Source of the DNA: Macrostomum lignano
Lineage: Eukaryota
DNA length: 64,000 bases
Reading direction: 5' to 3'
NCBI GenBank assembly: GCA_002269645.1
Contig: NIVC01001316.1
Span: 1 to 64,000, forward strand
Below the pieces are notes generated by a model that had not been told where the DNA came from, did not search any database, and saw only the letters and a list, made by a program, of their open reading frames with translations. Position 1 is the stretch's first letter, and each line of letters begins with the position of its first letter. Shown in pieces: positions 55,392 through 64,000 of this stretch. The position numbers and the translations under genes are program-made.

Positions 55392-56687
55392 ATGAACGAC
55401 CCACTGACACCAGTTTTCTACAAAATTAACAAGCCTATTTTGAGTGATGATAGCACAATCAAAGCGACACAAGTTAGAGTTCCGAGTCACGAGAACCAGA
55501 ATGAAACTAATCTTGGTCCTGGCCAAACACTGACATTTACATACAATGGATGTTCGTCTTTGGTCAGTGTCCACAGTCTAAGGAGCGGCTTCTATATGAC
55601 GTTTCAATTCAAAACTAAAGGAGGCGCAGACGCCGCTCATGCTAATGATGATCTACACAATGCGGATGTCGCACTAACCAGTAATTTCTGGGCTTATATG
55701 TTCAAAGAGTTTAATGTGTCCAATGGAAGTACAGAGTTGGAAAGAATAGCAAACTTTGGTGTGGTCCATGATACCCAGTGCTTGATTGAGAACCTGGATT
55801 TTATTCAGATGGGGAGCGGTGCTGGATTCATCCCCAATGAACAGACAGGAGATGAGAATGACCCTGGTTACAAAAAGAGAAAGGAGAGATACAACTATGC
55901 TCTTGCTGGTGAGAACGATGCTGCTAAGAATCCGTTGTTTAGGTCTGTAGATATTTTTGTACCTTTGAGGTTTATGAGTGGTTTCTGTAATAGTTTCAAT
56001 CGGTTGACAAGCAACTTTAGCTACACATTTAGATTGACTAGAGATGATCGGAACAGAGGAATTTGGTCGGGGGCCAATCATACATCGATGGAGATTAAGC
56101 TAACTAGCGTGGAGCTGTACTTAGAAATTATTGAGCCCAAGACTGCACTCAAAGCTGAATACTTGAAGGCGATTGAGAAAGACATTGATGTTGCTTATAC
56201 AGCTTATATGTGCAGAGATGAGCGGAATGACGCAAGACACAATATTTGCATTAAAGAAGGCTCCTGTAGCAATCCAAGGTACATTATTGTCACTATGAGG
56301 AATACAACTAATGTAGGTAGATATCTACATGGAAACATTCGATCGATTCAGCATGAGATCAGTGACAATTTATACCCTGCATTGCCACAAAATGGGAATT
56401 TCTCGGAGAACAAGATTAGTAAGTTTTACAATGAACTGTCGGACTTGGCTGTCAAAGAGAATAACGGTATTGTTTTGACAACCTTGCAGTATAAAAAACT
56501 ATATCCAATATTTGGTGTTGATGTGACTGCTAGACAAATGCCTACAGACAATAGCCCTGTTAACATTGTGACTAATATCGAGCGGAAAGAATTTGGTGCC
56601 GCAACGGCTGTTGATCTGTTTATTATCTATGCATTTGAGAGGAAGATCAAGGTCAATATGATCAATAACTCGTCTAGTAAAGTTTGA
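55392..56687 (+). CDS. Major capsid protein (double jelly-roll, Polinton PY/hexon-like), intact
   Basis: 431 aa, beta-rich; N-terminal D.S..., MF......ELERI, IFVPLRFMSGF....R, RYIIV, LYPIFGVDV pattern; position next to penton. Confidence 0.82.
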   Translation: MNDPLTPVFYKINKPILSDDSTIKATQVRVPSHENQNETNLGPGQTLTFTYNGCSSLVSVHSLRSGFYMTFQFKTKGGADAAHANDDLHNADVALTSNFWAYMFKEFNVSNGSTELERIANFGVVHDTQCLIENLDFIQMGSGAGFIPNEQTGDENDPGYKKRKERYNYALAGENDAAKNPLFRSVDIFVPLRFMSGFCNSFNRLTSNFSYTFRLTRDDRNRGIWSGANHTSMEIKLTSVELYLEIIEPKTALKAEYLKAIEKDIDVAYTAYMCRDERNDARHNICIKEGSCSNPRYIIVTMRNTTNVGRYLHGNIRSIQHEISDNLYPALPQNGNFSENKISKFYNELSDLAVKENNGIVLTTLQYKKLYPIFGVDVTARQMPTDNSPVNIVTNIERKEFGAATAVDLFIIYAFERKIKVNMINNSSSKV

Positions 56688-56710
56688 ATAATTTTTTTTT
56701 TAATAAAAAA

Positions 56711-57569
56711 ATAGAAGCCATAGCCGAAAGACTGAACAACATTGTTTCACACTCTAAGGAGAGCATTCCAATCACTGTAGCGGGTCGCATTACTGAGTCA
56801 AACGGAATCTTCATTCAAAAATTGGAGCAACCACTTCGTTTGGATCCCGAGGCGAATTACCACGTCTATCTCAATGATTTCACTGGGTGGTCAAATGTTC
56901 CCAATGTGACAGCGGAAAATAACAAGTTTTATTACAAATGGAAGCGTACTACAACAGAGGTTGTGATATTTCCTGTCAGCACACAGAGCGTGGATACTTA
57001 TAATTACTTCTTGGAGAACGTCTTCACTAAACGAAAGCATTTTGAGATACCGGATGAAAGCAAACCAGAAAATAAACTGTTCCCTGTTAGATTAACTTAT
57101 GATCTAACTGTCATGAGAGTTGTCTTGCAAGTTCATAAGGACGCAGAGGTAGAGTTTAAAGATGGCACTTGGTATCGCGAGTTGGGATTTGAAAAGAGAG
57201 TTTATGGTGGCGCCACAGACCAAAGCCCGCTGCAGGCGCCTGGCACTGTTGCTGTGTCCCGGCTAATATCCGGTATGTACTTGGCGCCAAATATCGCTGA
57301 CATTGTCAAAGGTTTGAATATATTAATTCGCAGCAATCTGAGCCATGATTGGATATTCAAGGGCAAACGAAGCAACATACTTTTTAACATTTCAAACTCT
57401 GTTGCTGGTGGCAAAATGCTTGTGCAAAAGCCAAACCCCGTGAAAAAGAGTCATTCTGAGTAATAGAGAGATACATGAAATCATTTTGCAGTTTGAAACA
57501 GAGGATGGCGTTGGTGTCGATTTTAACGGGGAAGAGTTTGTGCTAACAATTATTATTGAGAGAATGTGA
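56711..57569 (+). pseudogene. Minor capsid protein (penton, single jelly-roll); probable ATG>ATA start loss and +1 frameshift near 57445
   Basis: LEQPLRLDP...VYLNDFTGWSNVPNVT.ENNKFYY. The shifted frame ends ILQFETEDGVGVDFNGEEFVLTIIIERM*, and the copy 1 fragment confirms the correct frame. Confidence 0.82.
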
Positions 57570-57630
57570 GTCGTCTTCAGACTTGTAAAATTACGATATA
57601 AGCCGCCAGGTACAACCGTGTAGTTGGCTA

Positions 57631-57867
57631 CTACAACTGCCTTATAACTTCAGCAAAGTTATAATAGCTGTCAAAATTGTTAATGACTACTCCGTGTTTT
57701 TCAAACCAGTGAGATTTAAGTGCTTGATTAATATTAGAGGCATTGATATCAACGCCGGGCCAATATTTTCTCATGTACTCGCTGCATTCAAGTTTGCATC
57801 GGTACTTGCTCTTGAAATTAGGCTCATGCGCTTTGTAATAAGAACCTGGAGAGACAACTGGAAACAT
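57631..57867 (-). CDS. Small TIR-proximal orphan protein (78 aa)
   Basis: ATG lies 4 nt inside the right TIR boundary; homolog of 26669-26908. Confidence 0.6.
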   Translation of the reverse strand: MFPVVSPGSYYKAHEPNFKSKYRCKLECSEYMRKYWPGVDINASNINQALKSHWFEKHGVVINNFDSYYNFAEVIRQL

Positions 57868-57871
57868 TTTT

Positions 57872-58346
57872 AGAGAAAATTTAGATTTTTTCAAAGGGTA
57901 AGGACCCTGCGCTGATGATTTAAAGTCCTTGGGATCTGGTAGCACGTTGCGGATTGAATGTGGGGAGAAGAATGCAGATTGTTTTCTGATTGTTTCGAAG
58001 ATGCTATGGGTGGATGTCAGTGGATTATGTCAGTGTCAGTGAGCATAACAGGTGTCCTACTGTTATGCTCTGATTCTGTCAGGGATAATGCTCTGATTCT
58101 GTCAGGGATAATATGGATGGATTTAATAGGATTATGGAGGATGTTTTGTGAGCGAGTGCGACCCCCCCTTTTTTCTGATTCTGTCGGGGATAATATGGAT
58201 GGATTTAGGTGGATTATGGAGGACGTTTTCGGAGCGAGTGCGACCCCCCTTTTTTCTGATTCTGTCAGGGATAATATGGATGGATTTAGGTGGATTATGG
58301 AGAAGGTGAAAAATTTTGTCTTAAAAGCCCCCTCATGCCTTCTACT
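57872..58346 (-). repeat. Right TIR of copy 2
   Basis: Inverted copy of 42239-42712, ending CCTTCTACT and followed by the TSD. Confidence 0.95.
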
Positions 58347-59960
58347 AAGAATCATTGCTGAGAAGACTCATTCATGCAGACTGCAATGGGAAAAATTGAA
58401 AAAAAAACTGCTGAGGTATTCCTCCAGACTTATGAGTACTCGTAGGATACTCGTACCTGCAGGCTGCTAAGAGTATGACTGCAGTCTGTTTGCGGGATTA
58501 GAAGGGATAGCTAATTTCAGGTTGTTGTGGGGATAACTGCCGATTTCTGGGGGGGGGGGAGGGGTTAACTTCAAAGTGCGAAGTTACTAAACTTCTAGAA
58601 TAGTATAGGGCTTTTAGTAGAAGGTCGGCAGTTCGAGTCTACATTGAAGCAGCGAATTTATCTTTGTGACAATAATCATTGTTTCCTACGGGGATTCATG
58701 CAAATTTTTAACATTTTATTTTGTATACACTTTTGCTGGGGCTACGCTAAGCTTCAAGAGCAGCGCTTATCTGCTGTAAGTGCTAATTTGCAAAGGGTAT
58801 TGCTAATCTGGGTGAGCAGCGCTAATCGGGGAGAGCAGTGCTAATCTGTCGACGCATATAATAAAATAATAAATATGTAAGGAGATTAAATTTACCCTGC
58901 AAGTTGCAAAAACATTTTAAATGGTTTCGATTATGCAGAAGCAATATGGCCATATGCAAAGATTAGTGGCCATCTGCTCACTGATTGTGCAAAACAGTGC
59001 TGGTGAGCCATTGCTAAACTGCTGGTGAAGCATTGCTAAACTGCATTGCTAAACTGCTGGTGAACCATTGCTAAACTGCAGAAAGCTATAGTGAAATATT
59101 GTATTTTTTAATATAAACTTCTTTTAAACAGAAGGAAACGCAAAGGCAAGAAAAAACGAACAAGAATCATCATGGCAATCATAAAAGAAGCGCCCTGTCG
59201 AAAGTAAAAGGCTCATCGGGAATTACTGACTGTTAAGACTGCTAAGACTATTGCTACGAGCATAATGCTCGTATGGCAAATTGCTGTGATATATCAATAC
59301 TCATGGAAGGATTTATAGGATATCAAGACAAAGGGGAATTGCTATAATTGTCATTCTGGGGAGAATTGCTTTGAATTCAAGGTTCATTTGTGAAATTGCA
59401 GAAATTAATTGTTGAAATGCAAGTGCCAAGATATCAAATGGTTAGTCACTCAATTTTCAGGCTCATGGGGAAATTGCTAACATTTCCAAAGCTCATTGGG
59501 GAATTGCTGAAATTTGACTACAGGTTAAGGGTTATGGTTTTGGTTGAATTATAGAGCGATCGTCGTGACAATCATCAATGATCCATCGAGGAATTGCTAA
59601 GATTAAAGGCTCTTGGGGCGAATTACTTAAATGCTTTGGCTCTACAGGGAATTGCTGATAGGTCAAGGCTTTCGGTGAAATTCAGATTACAAACCTTATG
59701 AGGAAGTTACTTTAATGCTGAGGCTCAAGGCTCATAGTGGATTGCTAACATGCCAAGACTCACTTAAGGGTAGGTTTGGGGCTTAGGGTCAGTTTTGGTT
59801 CAATCATAGATTAACCGCTGTCAACAATCAATTAAAGACTTGCTAAGATATCAAAACTCATGGGGGAATAGCTGAGTTATCAAGGCTTATAAGGGGATTG
59901 CTGAATTCTTGGGAGAGGGGAGTTGGGTTGTTGGGATGTCAAGGCTAATTACTGCGCTGG

Positions 59961-60247
59961 AAGAATTGCTGCAATGTCGAGGCTTACTGGGGGAATTGCT
60001 GAGATGTCAAGGCTTACTGGGGGAATTGCTGAGATCTCAGACCTTACTCGGGGAATTGCTGAGATTAGGCTTACTGGGGAATGCTAAGATGTCAAGGCTT
60101 ACTGGGGGAATGCTGAGATCTCAAGGCTTACTGGGGAAATTGCTGAGATGTCAAGGCTTACTGGGGGAATTCCTCAGACGTCAAGGCTTACTGGGGGAAT
60201 TGCTGAGATGCCATGGCTTACTGGGGGAATTGCTGAGATGTCAAGGC
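59961..60247. repeat. 30-bp tandem repeat (~9 copies) within a diverged satellite-like family
   Basis: GCTGAGATGTCAAGGCTTACTGGGGGAATT units; degenerate relatives at 59300-59900 and 63590-63950. Confidence 0.85.
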
Positions 60248-60787
60248 TCATGAACGATGGCTGAATTTTTTTTTTGGGGGGGGGGTGTTACGTTGTTGGG
60301 CGATTGTCAGATAGTCAGGTAGTACGGCTCAAGTAGCTCATGTAATTCAGATAATGAAAAAGTACACACAAGTGATGCTGATTTCTGCTAATATGAAATA
60401 CCAGCGCATTTAATCCTTTGCGCTGGTTTGATCCTTTGATTTAGGCTAATATAGAGAGAGGGTCTAAGGGCGTCAGGGATTTGCATATTGAGCTCCTGCT
60501 GCGGATCAGAATATGCCCAGCCCGTGACGAAATGCATCAAGAGTTTGTGCTTGAAAGGATAAGCACTATTTGCTGATTTAGAAAGGGTTTTGAGCTGATA
60601 AACGAAACTTTTTTGGCTAATGAAAATTCGGATTAATGACAATTTATTTCTGCAAAAATTAGAAAAGGTAATTTTTGATTATTGGAAATCAACATTTTGG
60701 ATGATTATAGTAAGGTTACTCTTGTGCCAAAATAAAAACTAATTGGTGTCATTTTCAAGGCTCCCCAGCGGGGGGCTAAATGGCTAG

Positions 60788-61440
60788 TCTACATATACTA
60801 AATCTCTAATATTTGTATGCTTGCTTGCTTGTTTGCTTGTCCATAACGCTCTAGAGATTGCAATTCTTTACCGATTTACATCGCGTTTTCGCCAAAAGAT
60901 TTGTAATCAGCCTGGGATTGTATGGTTAAAATTTCTTGTATCTGCTTCAATGCTAAAGGGATTAAATATTCGAAAAACATGCTTTTTTGCAAAGGTCAAG
61001 CAGCTCTTTCGACTTGAAATGCGCTGTAAGAATGCTAGAGAAAAAACCGACTGACTGAATTCTGATTTTGATAAAGATTGCATCACAACAAGTTTAAAAC
61101 ACTGTGCCAAGTTGAAAGACAGAAATTGCGTAACCATATTGCTAACTTTAAATGAGACTGATGCTGACTGCCTGAGTATTTGATTATGTCATAGCTGCTT
61201 CGTGTGACTTTCACTCGAAGAGAATTTGTGTTAGTATTTGCATAACGTTCTAGAGATAGAACCAATTGACCAATTTTAATCGCGTTTCCACGAAAAGATT
61301 TGTAATTATCTGGAAAGAAGACAGTTAAAATTTCTTTAATTGGCTTTAATGCTAAATGTATCAAATATTCGAAAAACGAGTTTTCCCAATGCTTTTAATG
61401 GTAGGGCAAACTAGCTTGAATTCTTGACTGGACTGGCTGA
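60788..61440 (+). mobile_element. Helitron-like element, same family as 39826-41290
   Basis: Junction of hairpin + CTAG | TCTACATATACTAAATCTC; body matches the 40919 unit. Confidence 0.65.
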
Positions 61441-61691
61441 ATTCCAATTCCAATTATGATTGCGCCATAACTTTTCTCTCTCCACTGTGTAAGCTTCAAT
61501 ACTGGTTGCAGTGTGCAAGGAGAAAAAAATGCTCAGTGGCTGCGTGTGTACATTCTGACCCTGGCTCTGACTGGCGGACTCCATAGAAAATTGCTAGATT
61601 TCACTCAATCAACTGTGCATTGGCTCCGCCTTCACGCCTACACACTGAGCAGCCTATCACTGCTATGTATTTTAACTGCAGTTCTGAAGCA

Positions 61692-62000
61692 TCCTATATA
61701 CTAAAAATGAAAATCTTGCTTGCTTGCAATCGATTAGAGAAAAAATGGCTTAACCGATTTTCATGAGACTTGCACTGTTCGATCAGAAATTTTCCCGTGA
61801 CGGTACATGTGTCTTGGCTAAGAAATTGCTCGATGCTAAAGGCATAAAATACTCGAAAAACATGCTTTTTTGCAAAGGTCAAGCAAACTTTTCGACTTGA
61901 AATGCATTGTAATAATGCTAGAGAAAAAATTGACTGGTTGAATTCTGATTCTGAAATAGATTGCATCATAACTGAATTGTAACTCCGACTTGAATTGCGT
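61692..62000 (+). mobile_element. Second Helitron-like 5' end (A|TC junction)
   Basis: A|TCCTATATACTAAAAATGAAAATCTTGCTTGC, shared with 27923; internal block duplicated from ~60970-61080. Confidence 0.5.
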
Positions 62001-62306
62001 CACAGTATTGAAAATGCAGTGTGGAAGCGTAGCACCAGACTTGATTTAGATTGCGTAACCATATCCTCAACTTTAATTGAGACTGATACTGACTTGCCTG
62101 GGAAATTGATTATGTCATAACTGATTCGTGAGTGAGTGTTGAATTATATAAGTGCTACAATTTAATTTATAAATTCGATAATAGCTAGCCTAGAAGTGAA
62201 CAGACTGGACTGCAAATGCAGCGACCTGGGTTCGAATCTAAGTAGTGAAAAGTTTTTTATTAAAACCTTTTATTAAAGAACAAATAAAGGACAAAATGCG
62301 TCAGGT

Positions 62307-63500
62307 AAAAAAGCATAGAAGCGTCATGTAAAAAATCATAGAAGCGTCATGTAAAAATCATAGAAGCGTCATGTAAACAATCATGAAAGCGTCATGAAAA
62401 AATCATAGAAGCGTCATGTAAAAAATCAAAGAAGCGTCATGTAAAAAATCATGAAAGCGTCATGAAAAAATCATAGAAGCGTCATGAAAAAATCATGGAA
62501 GCGTCATTTAAAAAATCATAGAAGCGTCATGTAAAAAATCATAAAAGCGTCATGTAAACAATCATAGAAGCGTCATGTAAAAAATCATAGAAGCGTCATG
62601 TAAAAATCAAAGAAGCGTCATGTAAAAAATCATAGAAGCGTCATGTAAACAATCATAGAAGCGTCATGTAAACAATCATGAAAGCGTCATATAAACAATC
62701 ATAGAAGCGTCATGAAAAAATCATGAAAGCGTCATGAAAAAATCATAGAAGCGTCATGAAAAAATCATGAAAGCGTCATGAAAAAATCATAGAAGCGTCA
62801 TGTAAAAAATCAAAGAAGCGTCATATAAAAAATCATAGAAGCGTCATGTAAAAAATCATAGAAGCGTCATGTAAACAATCATAGAAGCGTCATGTAAAAT
62901 ATCATAGAAGCGTCATGTAAACAATCTTGAAAGCGTCATGTAAAAAATCATAGAAGCGCCATGTAAAAAATCATAGAAGCGTCATGTAAAAAAGCATAGA
63001 AGCGTCATGTAAAAAATCATAGAAGCGTCATGTAAAAAATTCATAGAAGCGTCATGTAAACAATCATGAAAGCGTCATAAAGAAATCATAGAAGCGTCAT
63101 GCAAAATTATAGAAGCGTCATGTAAAAAATCATAGAAGCGTCATGTAAAATATCATAGAAGCGTAATGTAAAAAATCATGAAAGCGTCATGAAAAAATCA
63201 TAGAAGCGTCATGTAAAATATCATAGAAGCGTCATGTAAAAAATCATAGAAGCGTCATGTAAAAAATCATAGAAGCGTCATGTAAACAATCATAGAAGCG
63301 TCATGTAAAAATCATAGAAGCGCCATGTAAAAAATCATAGAAGCGTCACGTAAGCAATCATAGAAGCGTCATATAAAAAATCATAGAAGCTTCATGTAAA
63401 AAATCATAGAAGCGTCATGTAAAAAATCATAGAAGCGTCATATAAAAAATCAAAGAAGCTTCATGTAAAAAATCATAGAAGCGTCATGTAAAAAAATCAT
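62307..63500. repeat. ~23-bp satellite, about 52 copies
   Basis: AAAAAATCATAGAAGCGTCATGT with minor variants. Confidence 0.95.
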
Positions 63501-64000
63501 ACTGACATCAAAAATCAAGTGACAAAAAAATGTCAGACATGAAAGAAGTGTCATGTAAAAATTAAATGAAGCTATTGTGCTGTGCTGGGGAGACTTACTG
63601 TGCTAGATGTCAAGGCTTACGGAGAAAAACTGAGATTACAGGGGGGGGGGTTTCTGAGATGTCAAAGCAAAAGTCAGAAGCTACTTCAAAGTACATGTAC
63701 TTTACTCAATTTTTTTATTACATTCTTTGTTGGCTCGCCACGGGGGGGCGCTGATAGAAGAAGAGTCATGTAAAAAAGAAAAGAAGCACTATGTATACAT
63801 AAAAGAAGAGTCATGTCGAAGTTAAAAGATTCATTTGGGAATTGCTACGATGTCAAGGCTTGGAGGGAATCGCTATAGTGCTTGATTCTTAAAGAAGGAA
63901 TCACTAAATTTTCAAGGCTTAGGGGAGAAGAATTGCTGAGATTTCAAGGCTTTAGGTTGGGTTAAAGTTAGGTTTAGGTCAGGTGTGGGTTGAGGGTTAT

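Larger units (their letters stand above)
42239..58346 (+). mobile_element. Complete Polinton/Maverick (adintovirus-like) endogenous virus, copy 2, 16108 bp
   Basis: AGTAG...CTACT termini, ~475-bp TIRs, 6-bp TSD AAGAAT at 42233-42238 and 58347-58352, and the full core gene set. Confidence 0.97.

Noticed and set aside
63950-64000. True telomere at the window end
   Set aside because: Only degenerate TTAGG/GGGTT words are present, not a TTAGGG array.

Overview
This is animal genomic DNA made almost entirely of nested mobile elements. The GC/Ala-rich exon style and repeat landscape would fit a flatworm such as Macrostomum, but that is inference only. From left to right: (1) a Penelope-like retroelement (RT + C-terminal GIY-YIG, minimal hammerhead ribozyme at its 3' end) embedded in long (GA)n tracts; (2) one exon of a Kv-beta/Hyperkinetic (KCNAB) channel subunit gene on the minus strand; (3) minisatellites, a hAT MITE and an unclassified 3.15-kb TIR element; (4) a full-length LOA-type LINE (12-bp TSD) with a 5.5-kb hAT transposon inserted 11 bp upstream of its ORF1; (5) two related Polinton/Maverick (adintovirus-like) endogenous viruses. 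Copy 1 (26157-39817) is cut off on the right by a tandem Helitron-like array and carries a solo-LTR-like insert. Copy 2 (42239-58346) is structurally complete, with ~475-bp TIRs, a 6-bp TSD, and genes for PLA2, integrase, a pX-like protein, pPolB, protease, a GasderminX-like protein, a coiled-coil protein, the packaging ATPase, a pVI/cupiennin-like protein, a PW-like protein, MCP and penton. The most novel-looking item is a swappable cassette inside the left TIR of copy 2: a 119-bp tandem array with an 18-bp perfect palindrome in each unit, next to an orphan NLS + HTH-like + acidic-tail ORF. It resembles a baculovirus hr-enhancer/trans-activator pair. Most reading-frame breaks in the window are single-base indels in short runs and are complementary between the two viral copies, so some may be assembly errors. 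All family assignments come from motif recognition by eye; no searches were run.
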